Origin: Candidatus Poribacteria bacterium
GTDB lineage: Bacteria > Poribacteria > WGA-4E > PCPOR2b
NCBI GenBank assembly: GCA_965218095.1
Contig: OZ244587.1
Span: 4,064,001 to 4,128,000, forward strand
Reading direction: 5' to 3'
Length of the DNA: 64,000 nt
Shown here: one piece after another, positions 1 through 9,710 of the stretch
Position numbering within the stretch: the first letter of the stretch is position 1
Layout: each line of letters begins with the position of its first letter
Position numbers and translations under genes: made by a program
The notes under the pieces: model-generated
What the model was told of the DNA's origin: nothing
The model's database searches: none
The model's input: only the letters and a program-made list of their open reading frames with translations

Positions 1-683
1 ACAATATCGTAAACAATGGATTGTGGCGCTAACCACTCGGGGCGAATCAGCAGTGGATGCGAGACATCCATACTGGCAGATGCCGTATTGACGATTAACT
101 GACTAGTGGCTACCGCGTCCGATAACCTGGGGTCATCAAGCCCCATCCCACAAATTGACACGCCTGTTTTCTCCGAAAGATTTGTGGCAAGCGTGACGGC
201 CCTCGAAACGGTACGATTTGTGAGTACAATAGACCGCAAGCCAGCGAGTGCGAGAGCTACGACAATTGCACGCGCTGACCCGCCTGCCCCGATCACGACG
301 GCTGAACCTCCTTGAGGTGCATCACACCCGGCTTCCTGCATCGCTCGTAAGAAGCCGGGCGCGTCTGTATTATCGCCCGAGATTTTTCCTTCCCGGATGA
401 TTAGTGTGTTGACGGCACCAATCAACGCCGCCTCTCTCGAAATCTCATCAAGGAGCGGAAGCACGCTTTGTTTGTGCGGAATGGTCACGTTAATTCCGAC
501 GACGTTGATTGCTTTGAACCCTTCGATGGCGGCGTGCAGATCATCAGACCGGACGTGAAAAGGCACATAAACATAGTCCATACCTGATGCCGCAAAAGCC
601 GCATTGTGTATCTGTGGAGAGTGGCTGTGTTTGACCGGATCGCCGATAATTCCCACGATTTTAGTTTGACCCGTGATCTGCAT
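1..683 (-). CDS. aroE: Shikimate dehydrogenase (3' end runs off the window)
   Basis: Not in the ORF track. Manual translation from ATG at 683 gives MQITGQTKIVGIIGDPVKHSHSPQIHNAAF...GINVTIPHK...IGAVNT...GDNTD...VIGAGGSARA...NRT, the canonical AroE motifs. Start overlaps the end of the upstream oxidoreductase. Confidence 0.95.
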   Translation of the reverse strand, partial: MQITGQTKIVGIIGDPVKHSHSPQIHNAAFAASGMDYVYVPFHVRSDDLHAAIEGFKAINVVGINVTIPHKQSVLPLLDEISREAALIGAVNTLIIREGKISGDNTDAPGFLRAMQEAGCDAPQGGSAVVIGAGGSARAIVVALALAGLRSIVLTNRTVSRAVTLATNLSEKTGVSICGMGLDDPRLSDAVATSQLIVNTASASMDVSHPLLIRPEWLAPQSIVYDI

Positions 684-3600
684 TGCGTAACAGCCCTTCG
701 ACCTTCTTTCTGGCGGCTTCCATCTTCGGATAGCGCACCTCTCGATACCCACGAACCTCTTCAGGGGCTTCTAGCGCGAGAACGTGATTCGCATAACTCT
801 TAGCATCATGTGGCGCGAAGGTACCAACCACTTCAGTAATATACCAATCTCGAAATGCTTTTTCGTTTATGTGCCACTGCGAAAGCCAACGTCTGAGGAA
901 CTTCATCCGTTTCATCAAATTCAGTTGCCAGTTCATGGTATCAATATCCCACTGAAAGTCTTTGCCCATGATGGTGAAACGAGGACGGTTGAGGTGAACA
1001 TACTTGATCTTATCTCCATTCGATTCATCAATATTGTAGTGTTCTTTGTCACGCCTCAACTTCTCTTCGCTGGTCAACAGGTGAGCCACATAAACTTCGT
1101 CCTTGATAAGCATGACCTTATGCAGGTATTTAATGGCGGTTTTTGTCGCCCGGTAGCCCTGTTCAGGAAAGTCTTGAGCATGGGCCCCCTTAATCGTATT
1201 GATGTACAAGCGTGCATAATCCAAATTTTCGAATTGGATCAGGTCATATACGCGCAGCGCCAGCCCCCGGTTTGTTTCATCATCCAATCCTAGCATATCT
1301 ACAGTCTGTTGAACGAGCGCCTCATACCCGTGAGCCAGGGCTTCGCCGCGCCGCTTTCTGGCTAAGATTTCGCATTTTTCTCTGAGCAATGCTTTGTACG
1401 TCTGCCACCGTGGCACCGCTGAATAAGCGTCCGGATTGATAGCGAGCCATCTGCCGATTTCAAAAGCGCGTTGGTTAGACTCTAAGTCAGCAGGCCTCAC
1501 AGCCAGTTTCAATGCCGATTGAATCACCTCCAGCTCAAGCGGCAAAAGCCCACGCTGAAACGCAACACCGAGCAGCATCATATTGGCATAAAGCTTGTTT
1601 TTCAGGAGCCTCTCAGAAATCTCAAACAGGTCCACGCCGAAATATTCCTCTGCATTTGTGTAAGTCTGTAGCCATTTCTCCAGATCTTCAACTTCAAAAT
1701 GTTCTTTGCCGATGAGAGTGGTTATGGTATCCGTTCTCGCGGTGTTGACAACAGCCACCGTCTTGTCCGGCATAGCGATACGGAATGTCGCATTCGTATC
1801 GACGCCTCGCACCGCTTCCAAAAGATCCATCCCGATGAGCAGATCCGCTTTTCCGTAGGGGATGATTGGAGACAGCCCAGCCGCTGTCTTTGAGTAAGTC
1901 ATGTGGGTGTAGACCCCGCCGTTACGGATTGCCAAACCTTTCTTATCACAAAACTGCACATGATACCCTTGCGCCTGTCCTGCAAGCACTAGGACTCGGG
2001 AGATTGTACCAATCCCCATCCCCCCGACGCCTGCGGCATAAGCACTCCACGTCCGACTAAAATCGTATGACGGTGGCGGCGGCAGAGATTCAGCGCCACC
2101 AACTAGCATCATCTGCAAATCCGCTTCCTGGCGGGGCAGACGCTTACGGGTGATAATCACTTCCTCAAAAGAGGGACACGCCCACTTGATTCGCGCACAA
2201 GCCCCATCGGACACGCAGTTAGACTGATCAATGCCGATCTTCGGTCCGTAATCCGTTTCTGTAACTTTCAAGCCGGGACATCCCGTGGCTTTGGTGCATT
2301 CGAGACAAAATTCGCAGACTTCAGGGGTAATGTTGATATGTTTTTCAACCTTCAGAAAACCCTGTTCCTTGATTGTTTTCTGGTATTCACGTCGCAAACG
2401 CCGATGGTAGGTGATTCCGCACTCCTTATCCGCGATGATAATCTTGACGCCCGGCTTGAGGATAGTTTCTTCGACGAGCTTCTTGTACTCGACACGGTTT
2501 TCCGGATTTGTTCGGACGATAAAGAGATCCGAATCGCCTGCAAGCCCATCCACAACTTTTTCAATATCCTGGGCGAAAGTCGGATTGCCGAGGATGTCAT
2601 CTCCTGTCGAGGGCGTGGGTTGATGTCCTGTCATCGCAGTCGTCTGATTGTCCAAAATGACGTAAGTGAGATCTTGTCCATTTTTGATCGAGTCGGAAAT
2701 CGCTGACATGCCGCCATGGAAGAAGGTCGAATCCCCCATAAAAACGATCTGCTTATTTTTGATGAATGGATCAATCCCTGCCCCGGTCCCGCCGCCGAGC
2801 GCCATCGCTGAGAGGTTGTGCATGAGACGCGGATACGGTTCATACTTTAGCATGGAATAGCAGCCGATGTCCCCATGAAAGACCAGATCAACCGTCGGGG
2901 AGGCGTGGTATCTCTCCATGTACCTGGCATCCATGAACTGATCGGCAACCTCTTTGAAAACGCTCGCCGAGTCACGATGAGGACACCCCGGACAGAAAGT
3001 GGGCGTTCGCGCTGGAATTTGAACATGGTGAGAACTGACCTGTTCGATACGTTTTTCCTCACGCGAAAAGACATCCGGATCTATTTCGATACGCTTCGCT
3101 ACTCTACCCAAGCCACTCAATCCAGGGATTCTGATTTTCGCGGAGGACTTATGCCGAAGGAGCGGAATCAGTCGTTGGATCAGGATGGAGGGGTTGAGTC
3201 CGAGTGATTCAGGGATGCCGTCCAGGCCCATCGGGAATTCCTTCCCCCACACCGGCACATATCGATCGATTTCATCATTCTGGTAGAGTTGGCTCACGAT
3301 TGCCTTGACATCCTTCTCAAGCAGTGGACGCTTCTCTTCAATCACGTAGATCTCACGGACACGCCCGGCGAATTGACGCACAATTTCTTCATCAAGGGGG
3401 TGCGTCAAACCGAGTTTAAGGATCGGTATACGCCCCTGGAATTCCAGTTCATGAAGGGCATGTTCGAGATAGGAATAAGCCAGGCCAGAAGTGACAAACC
3501 CCATCTCGTGCTGCGACTCACTTAAATAGTAGATTTGATTCAGGTGATGTTCTCGTGCGATTTTGATAGCATTCGGAAAACGTCCTTCTAAAGTTTCGAG

Positions 3601-4269
3601 CTCCATCCGGGGCGTATCTGGCGGCAAAATGACGCGGTTTGAGCCATTGATCAGTTCCGTGTTGATCATCGTCTGATTTTTCGTGTTGATTTCGGGATAA
3701 CGGTTAGGATGAAGTCGGACATTTCCCCCGCCGTCCGCCTGATTGGTTGAGATTAGGTAGGTCGTATAAAGATTGGACCTCGCCGAGATTTCAAAAGCCG
3801 TACTCAGCCAGTCTTTGACTTCCTGGAATGTACTGGGTTCGACAACGGGCGTGTAAAGATGACGGGCTAAAAAACGCGAGTCCGCAGGCACTTGTGTAGT
3901 ACTCGACCAGGGATCATCTCCGACGACAACAACGGCGCCGCCCGTCGTCCCCGCCAGATTGCTGATTGCCAGTGCATCGGACGCCACATGCATCCCAACG
4001 TTCTTCATAAAAGCAACCCCACGGAGATTCGCCATCTGCGAGCCGTTGAGCCTCGCGACGCTAAGGGCTTCATTGTTTGCGATTTGCGCGAGGACCCCGT
4101 GTTCTTTGAAGATATCTGCATTGCTCCTAATCACCTCGAACACATCCGCAAGGGGGGAGCCGGGGTATCCTGTTAGCAAATTCGCTTGACCTTCAAGTGC
4201 GCCTTTAACTAACAGCTCGCAGCCTGTATAGACATTCATCCCACTTTCTTGTATCAACCTTTTATCCAT
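661..4269 (-). CDS. Fused indolepyruvate ferredoxin oxidoreductase-family (2-oxoacid:acceptor oxidoreductase) protein
   Basis: GYPGSP, ANNEA, MKNVG; RTPTFCPGCPH; GDIGCY; TPP motif GDSTFFHGG...ILDNQTTAMTGHQP; ferredoxin Cys cluster CEFCLEC...GCP...CVSDGAC...CPSF; gamma-type domain GVGGMGIGT...GLAIRNGGV; C-terminal KDEVYVA. Confidence 0.9.
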   Translation of the reverse strand: MDKRLIQESGMNVYTGCELLVKGALEGQANLLTGYPGSPLADVFEVIRSNADIFKEHGVLAQIANNEALSVARLNGSQMANLRGVAFMKNVGMHVASDALAISNLAGTTGGAVVVVGDDPWSSTTQVPADSRFLARHLYTPVVEPSTFQEVKDWLSTAFEISARSNLYTTYLISTNQADGGGNVRLHPNRYPEINTKNQTMINTELINGSNRVILPPDTPRMELETLEGRFPNAIKIAREHHLNQIYYLSESQHEMGFVTSGLAYSYLEHALHELEFQGRIPILKLGLTHPLDEEIVRQFAGRVREIYVIEEKRPLLEKDVKAIVSQLYQNDEIDRYVPVWGKEFPMGLDGIPESLGLNPSILIQRLIPLLRHKSSAKIRIPGLSGLGRVAKRIEIDPDVFSREEKRIEQVSSHHVQIPARTPTFCPGCPHRDSASVFKEVADQFMDARYMERYHASPTVDLVFHGDIGCYSMLKYEPYPRLMHNLSAMALGGGTGAGIDPFIKNKQIVFMGDSTFFHGGMSAISDSIKNGQDLTYVILDNQTTAMTGHQPTPSTGDDILGNPTFAQDIEKVVDGLAGDSDLFIVRTNPENRVEYKKLVEETILKPGVKIIIADKECGITYHRRLRREYQKTIKEQGFLKVEKHINITPEVCEFCLECTKATGCPGLKVTETDYGPKIGIDQSNCVSDGACARIKWACPSFEEVIITRKRLPRQEADLQMMLVGGAESLPPPPSYDFSRTWSAYAAGVGGMGIGTISRVLVLAGQAQGYHVQFCDKKGLAIRNGGVYTHMTYSKTAAGLSPIIPYGKADLLIGMDLLEAVRGVDTNATFRIAMPDKTVAVVNTARTDTITTLIGKEHFEVEDLEKWLQTYTNAEEYFGVDLFEISERLLKNKLYANMMLLGVAFQRGLLPLELEVIQSALKLAVRPADLESNQRAFEIGRWLAINPDAYSAVPRWQTYKALLREKCEILARKRRGEALAHGYEALVQQTVDMLGLDDETNRGLALRVYDLIQFENLDYARLYINTIKGAHAQDFPEQGYRATKTAIKYLHKVMLIKDEVYVAHLLTSEEKLRRDKEHYNIDESNGDKIKYVHLNRPRFTIMGKDFQWDIDTMNWQLNLMKRMKFLRRWLSQWHINEKAFRDWYITEVVGTFAPHDAKSYANHVLALEAPEEVRGYREVRYPKMEAARKKVEGLLRNADHGSN

Positions 4270-4632
4270 GTTTGACCTTCCATTCTATAAGCTCATCCTA
4301 CTCACGGAACTCAAAAATGTGACGCCTTTTTCTTTAGTCGTATAATGTCGATAATGTATCCGCATAAAGCATGAATCAACAATCTTAGTCCTGGCTTGAG
4401 TTGCCGCCTATTGTTGATCCGTCCTGAATTCGGCAAGGAGGTCTTTTCGTTTGCCTCTATAACGCCAAAGCCAGTCAGAAAAATGTTTCCTTTTCGTCAA
4501 AAAAATGGTATTCTATCTCTGAGTTGAAGAAAAGGAAAGATATTCATTTTTTGGGTTAGTAGACTTGATAGCTCTGAGCTATAATTTTAGTTCAAGACAT
4601 TTCTCGCGCCAGCCGCAAATACAAGAACTCTT

Positions 4633-5295
4633 ATGAGGCTTCAAAGACACGGATTCTGGACAGATCGCGCCCTTTATCGTTGGGGCCATCGAATGGTTTG
4701 CTTTCTCATTGATGCGTTTGGGAAACTCAAATCTCATGGTAATGAAAATATTCCCCGACAAGGTGGCGTTCTCCTGTTGTCAAACCATGTCAGTTATCTA
4801 GATCCCTTTATCATTGCAGCCATTGGCATCCGTGATATCCATTTTATGACAAGACACAATGTGTTCCAGATTCCCGTCTTGAGTCGTCTACTAACTGCAC
4901 TCAATGCATATCCAGTGCGGCGTGGCAGCGCGGATCGCGCCGCGCTGAAACATACATTTTCCCTCTTGAAAGCGGGAAATGCCGTCCTAATCTTTCCCGA
5001 GGGTACGCGTAGCGTTGATGGCGACCTGGGCGAAGCCCGTGATGGTGTAAGTTTCATCATCCACAACTCGAATGTGCCTGCCATTCCTCTCTTTATCAAA
5101 GGGGCAGAACGAATGATGCCCCGCGATTCCAAATTCATCCATCCTGCCAAACTCTCCGTAACTGTTGGTCTTCCTATCGATTTCACCGAAGTTCAAAAAA
5201 TAGAAGACAAACGAGAACTGTACCGTTGTATGGGTGAGCAGATCATGCAGGCAATTGCAGACCTGCGGGACGCATCGTTGAAACGTGATACCTAA
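4633..5295 (+). CDS. plsC: 1-acyl-sn-glycerol-3-phosphate acyltransferase
   Basis: NHVSYLD (HxxxxD) and IFPEGTRS motifs. Confidence 0.9.
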   Translation: MRLQRHGFWTDRALYRWGHRMVCFLIDAFGKLKSHGNENIPRQGGVLLLSNHVSYLDPFIIAAIGIRDIHFMTRHNVFQIPVLSRLLTALNAYPVRRGSADRAALKHTFSLLKAGNAVLIFPEGTRSVDGDLGEARDGVSFIIHNSNVPAIPLFIKGAERMMPRDSKFIHPAKLSVTVGLPIDFTEVQKIEDKRELYRCMGEQIMQAIADLRDASLKRDT

Positions 5296-5565
5296 CGCGT
5301 CATGCGTGATACGCGATGGGTGCGGATTAAACAGACGACGCGGATTCAGAACCGATTGAACCTTCCGATAAAAATCGGCGATTCAGACCAGAGAAGATAG
5401 GGAGAAAGTGCATCTTGTTTTTCAACTTTAGAACATTTTAGACACTTTAGATTCGGCGGCACAATCCCGTCCCAACAAGATTCCGTTTTATCAAGAATTG
5501 TCCAAACTTTAGTATCTTATTAAGAGATACATATAAAACGTTTTCTTCATCATCGTAATCAAGAA

Positions 5566-5853
5566 TTAAAGTTGGACTTTATCCATCTCAAGAATCTTCA
5601 TCTCCACGCGGAAAAATTCCTTATTCTGAACAACCAAAGCCTTGAGCGATTTCGGGCTATCAAAAAAGAGCTTGATGACTTCATCGTATACCTTTCCCTC
5701 TACGCCATCTACAATGACCCGTCTTGTGAGATCTTGATCTGCCACACAAGCCAGACGCCTGAGATTTGGGATCACAACGAAATCCACACGATTTCCCTTC
5801 CATTTTCCCAAGGAAACTTCTCTGGTTCTCAATGATGGGAATTTTTGTTCCAT
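5566..5853 (-). CDS. Hypothetical protein (95 aa) downstream of recN
   Basis: Strong RBS (GAGAGGGAG) before the ATG; co-oriented and 22 bp downstream of recN. No family recognised. Confidence 0.6.
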   Translation of the reverse strand: MEQKFPSLRTREVSLGKWKGNRVDFVVIPNLRRLACVADQDLTRRVIVDGVEGKVYDEVIKLFFDSPKSLKALVVQNKEFFRVEMKILEMDKVQL

Positions 5854-5875
5854 AATTTAACTCCCTCTCAAAAGA

Positions 5876-7591
5876 TTAAGAGCCTGTCAACAATTCCCGA
5901 GCGTGGGCAAGCGTGGTTTCTGTCGTCTCACCGCCATGCATCCGAGCAATCTCCTCAACCCGTCCTTCCGGTGTCAGTTGCTTTGCCGTGATTATTGTTC
6001 GACCTCCTTCCACATGCTTGTCAACGCGAAAATGCCGATCCGCGAGGCGAGCAATCTGCGGAAGATGCGTGATGCAGATGACTTGACGAAAACGCGACAG
6101 TTCCTTCAATTTACCCCCAACAACATCCGCGGTGTGTCCACCAATGCCAACGTCGATCTCGTCATAAATCATCGTTGGGATGTTATCGATCCGGGCGAGC
6201 ACGGTTTTCAACGCCAGCATCGCACGAGAGATCTCGCCCCCAGACGCGATCTGTGCCAGGGGTTTTGGCTCTGATCCAACGTTAGGAGAGATGAGGAATT
6301 CGATTTCATCCATCCCATCAGACCTCAGTTCATAGCGTTTTCCATCGATCTGCAAGAGAGCATCAGGCGACTCAATGGGAGACACAAGGATTTGGAAAAT
6401 CGCTTTTTCCATGCCCAACGTCTGAAGTTCCTTCTCAATTAAAGATTCAAGCCGGGTTGCGGTTTCTCTACGCTTATTGGAGAGTTCAACCGCGAGCTTT
6501 TGGGCGTGCTGTGTCGCAACACGGATCTGATCTTTCAGATCTTCAATTCGCTCAGAACTAACTTGAAACTCCTGGAGCGTTTGCGATGCCTTTGCTTGAT
6601 AGTCCAAAATTTCAGAGATAGAATCTCCGTACTTCCGCTTGAGTCGATAGATGAGATCTAACCGTTCTTCGACTTCGGCAAGGCGACGCGGATTAAACTC
6701 AATAGTATCGCGATAATCACGGATCTGGTAAGTGATATCCTCTAATTCGTACAGGGCGGACTCTAAACGCTCGCTCAATTCTGACAAACTGCCATCCATC
6801 TGGCAGAGCTTTGAAATCGTGCTATCTGCCTTTTTCAGCCCGTCAAGTATCGAAAAATCCGATTGGATGCCGCCGTAGAGCTGGTCGTAGAGGTGGCTCG
6901 CTGATTCAAAGAGAGTTTCTGTGTTGCTGAGGACGTAACGTTCATTAACGAGTTCCTCTTCTTCCCCCGCTTGAAGCTGCGCTGCCTCCAGTTCTTCAAG
7001 TTGAAATTTCAAGAGCTCCCTCTCACGCATTGCGTCGCGCAATTTTTGGGAAAAATCAGCAAGGCGTCCCTGGGTGGCGTGGATCTCATCGTATTTTTTG
7101 TGGACTCGCGACTTGAGTGCTTCAAGCCCACCGAACGCATCAAGGAGATTTAGATGGGTCTTGGATCGAAAGAGGGATTGGTGCTCATACTGTCCGTGAA
7201 TATCAACCAGCGGATCGCCGATGGCGCTCAGGAACGTCAAGTTGACCATCTGTCCATTGATATGGCAACGACTACGCCCGCTTGTATTGATCCGCCGGGA
7301 TAAGAGCAACGTTTCTTCCGCATCCAAAACTTCACCCAAATCCGAATCGATAAAGGCACCCCACACAGGGTGCTCGGGAGGCGGTGCAACCGCAATCTGA
7401 ATTTTGGCGTTGCTTTCTCCATCTCTGACAATCCTGGAGGTACTGCGTTCGCCGAGTACAAGTCCCACGGCGTTTAAGATGACAGATTTGCCTGCACCCG
7501 TTTCGCCGGTGAGGACATTGAGGCCGGGAGAAAACGCCAATTGGAGCTCATCAATAAGCGCAATATTGCGGACATAAAGTTCTTCGATCAT
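5876..7591 (-). CDS. recN: DNA repair protein RecN
   Basis: Walker A LTGETGAGKS, IHGQ, ASGGEISR, DEIDVGIGG, ITHLPQIA; adjacent to nadK as usual. Confidence 0.97.
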   Translation of the reverse strand: MIEELYVRNIALIDELQLAFSPGLNVLTGETGAGKSVILNAVGLVLGERSTSRIVRDGESNAKIQIAVAPPPEHPVWGAFIDSDLGEVLDAEETLLLSRRINTSGRSRCHINGQMVNLTFLSAIGDPLVDIHGQYEHQSLFRSKTHLNLLDAFGGLEALKSRVHKKYDEIHATQGRLADFSQKLRDAMRERELLKFQLEELEAAQLQAGEEEELVNERYVLSNTETLFESASHLYDQLYGGIQSDFSILDGLKKADSTISKLCQMDGSLSELSERLESALYELEDITYQIRDYRDTIEFNPRRLAEVEERLDLIYRLKRKYGDSISEILDYQAKASQTLQEFQVSSERIEDLKDQIRVATQHAQKLAVELSNKRRETATRLESLIEKELQTLGMEKAIFQILVSPIESPDALLQIDGKRYELRSDGMDEIEFLISPNVGSEPKPLAQIASGGEISRAMLALKTVLARIDNIPTMIYDEIDVGIGGHTADVVGGKLKELSRFRQVICITHLPQIARLADRHFRVDKHVEGGRTIITAKQLTPEGRVEEIARMHGGETTETTLAHARELLTGS

Positions 7592-7667
7592 GGCGTTGAA
7601 TTAGGGAATCTGGGAATAGGCGAATAAGTAAATCAGCAAAAGGCGGCTTTGCACACCACATACCCTA

Positions 7668-8540
7668 TCACGTTTTACGCTTCGTTCCTTCTCCAAGCAT
7701 TAATTTCGTTTGCAAAACCTCATAGTAGCTGCGGTGCTGCGATCGAATCAATTTGATCGTCTTATCTGCCTTACGAACACGAATCAAGGAATCTGGCGCG
7801 AGGCAGTGTGTTTCACGCGGTCCGTCGACAAACAGGTTGACGCTGCTGTAATCGGATTGCATAATCACCGTAATTTCTGAATCTCCGTGCGCGATAAACG
7901 GTCGAACTGTTAATGAATGGGGAGCAATTGGCGTCAAGAGAATTGCGTTAAGATGGGGTTCAACAATCGTGCCGCCGCTTGACAAGGAATAGCCTGTTGA
8001 ACCACTTGGTGTGGCGATAATCAACCCATCTGCGTTGTAGGTGATGAATCGCTTGTTATCGATGTAGGTGTCCAACTCAATGAGGCTCGCATAGTGGCGA
8101 ATCACAACTTCATTCAGCGCAAAAGAGCTAGAATGCTCCTGATTATTGTGGTTGTCTACGCGGACCTCTAGCATCATCCGCTGATCGATTTCATATTCAC
8201 CATTAAAAATGTTAGTCAAAGCCGAGTAAAGCTGGTCGAGCGAAACGTCGGTGAGGAAACCGAGATAACCAATATTCACAGCGAGGATTGGGACGTTCTC
8301 AATCTGGGGCGTATGTGCGGCATCTAATAGCGTTCCATCACCGCCGAGCACCAGCAACAGGTCAGATCGCGCAACAACTTCATTCCGATTACATTTTGCG
8401 CCGGATATACCAAGGATCGCCGCTTGCTCATCAGGAACTAACGGATTCGCGCCATGACCCTGGAGCCAATCGTGAGCTGCGGTAACGACTTGGGCAGCTT
8501 TGGGTTTAGAGGTATTGACAAAGAAACCAATTGTTTTCAT
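7668..8540 (-). CDS. nadK: NAD kinase
   Basis: GGDGT, GYLGFL, ALNE, DGLIIATPSGSTGYSLSSGG motifs. Confidence 0.96.
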   Translation of the reverse strand: MKTIGFFVNTSKPKAAQVVTAAHDWLQGHGANPLVPDEQAAILGISGAKCNRNEVVARSDLLLVLGGDGTLLDAAHTPQIENVPILAVNIGYLGFLTDVSLDQLYSALTNIFNGEYEIDQRMMLEVRVDNHNNQEHSSSFALNEVVIRHYASLIELDTYIDNKRFITYNADGLIIATPSGSTGYSLSSGGTIVEPHLNAILLTPIAPHSLTVRPFIAHGDSEITVIMQSDYSSVNLFVDGPRETHCLAPDSLIRVRKADKTIKLIRSQHRSYYEVLQTKLMLGEGTKRKT

Positions 8541-8550
8541 AATCTTTTAC

Positions 8551-8608
8551 ACAGTAGGCTTCAACAGTGGCAGCCTACTGTTAGGTTAAGTTTTCTTTCG
8601 TGTCTTGT
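8551..8608. repeat. ~55-bp direct repeat, copy 1 (contains a perfect 10-bp hairpin)
   Basis: GTAGGCTTCAACAGtgGCAGCCT...GGTTAAGTTtTCTTTCGTGT is repeated at 8830-8885. ACAGTAGGCT (8551-8560) pairs with AGCCTACTGT (8572-8581). Confidence 0.85.
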
Positions 8609-8829
8609 GCGCGTTCATTAAATTTCACCCTTCAGTTTTCATGCAGAACAGTGTGAGGCAGGAGGGTCACATTGAACTGATCCTCCACTTCAACCGAGAG
8701 GTCTGCTACGCGGCTCAAAGTTGAATAATCGCGGATTGAAGCATCATTTAATCGCGCATGGATAATTCCATTTGTCGCAAAAGCATCCAAAATTTTAGCT
8801 TCTGGCAGAGTATCAGCGAGTTGCTAGCG

Positions 8830-8885
8830 GTAGGCTTCAACAGCAGCAGCCTGAAGTTCGGTTAAGTTCTCTTTCGTGTTCTTGT
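8830..8885. repeat. ~55-bp direct repeat, copy 2
   Basis: GTAGGCTTCAACAGCAGCAGCCTGAAGTTCGGTTAAGTTCTCTTTCGTGTTCTTGT, a diverged copy of 8554-8608. Confidence 0.85.
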
Positions 8886-8891
8886 TTTGCA

Positions 8892-9458
8892 TCAAATATC
8901 ACCATGACCAGCCTTGATAGCATCCGCCTCCACCCGTTTCCGTGCTCCGCTCACCAAATCGTTGAAGATCGTCAGCGCAGTCAGTTGACGCGATTTAAAG
9001 AGGGGCTGGTGTTGCGTCATGCCGTAGAGTTGGACGCGAAAACCGAGTGCTTGTTCGGGCAAATCCGTTTCGGGTACACCGTGAGGCGCTGCCTTATCTG
9101 CAATTGCAACATGTTCATCGGATGGGGCGAGATAAACCCGCTCTCTATTCCCTTCCGCAACAGTTGCCATGAGTTGTGCACCCATTCGTCCCGCTTTTCC
9201 TTTGGCACGGACATAGTCGAATGGAACCGCTTCGTCACAGACGATACACCGCGGACTCCGTCGGTCGACTATGCCTTCGGGCGGGGCACCGTCGTCCCTT
9301 TTCACCGCAAACCGTACGATCTTATTCGTTCTGTCAACAATCGGCTCAACCCACGCCTGCTTACCTTTCTTTTTTGAGAGCCAGAACGATCGGGTAAGCG
9401 GCATCTTTGTGCCACAGGCAGAATTGGGACACTTCATCGTCTGCGCCTCAAACCGCAA
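8892..9458 (-). pseudogene. Internal fragment of a DUF1156-family adenine DNA methyltransferase
   Basis: CPNSACG...MPL..SFWLSKKKGKQAWVEP, CIVC, GKAGRMGAQLMA.VAEG.R.RVYL, ALGFRVQLYGM...LF..RQL.AL. This is the Zn-ribbon mid-section of DUF1156 methylases; the N-terminal and catalytic C-terminal parts are missing. Confidence 0.8.
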
Positions 9459-9533
9459 TCGGCCTGGATTTCAAGCGGCATCAAGGCTCTCGCCCTTTTC
9501 AATCTTTATGCTCCTTAATGCTAACGAGTATTC

Positions 9534-9710
9534 TTAATCAAACCTCAGTTGAGTTGTGACCTTGCGAAGTGCCTCGTTTATCCGTTCCAACACCTTATTC
9601 GATGGTTTTTCCCCCTCGGCGGTAATCACGAACCGAAATTTAAAGTCAAGCTCCGGCGCGATTTCAGCCAAATCACCAAGCGTTTCAGTCAGATGGCACC
9701 AGGTCAGCAT
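9534..9710 (-). pseudogene. Probable C-terminal remnant of a DUF499-family ATPase
   Basis: Manual translation LTETLGDLAEIAPELDFKFRFVITAEGEKPSNKVLERINEALRKVTTQLRFD* resembles DUF499 protein C-termini; it lies directly upstream of the DUF1156 fragment, a usual partner. Confidence 0.45.

Noticed and set aside
784-4189. Numerous plus-strand ORFs opposite the oxidoreductase (and similar shadow ORFs throughout the window)
   Set aside because: Antisense or alternate-frame shadows of well-supported genes, with no motifs.
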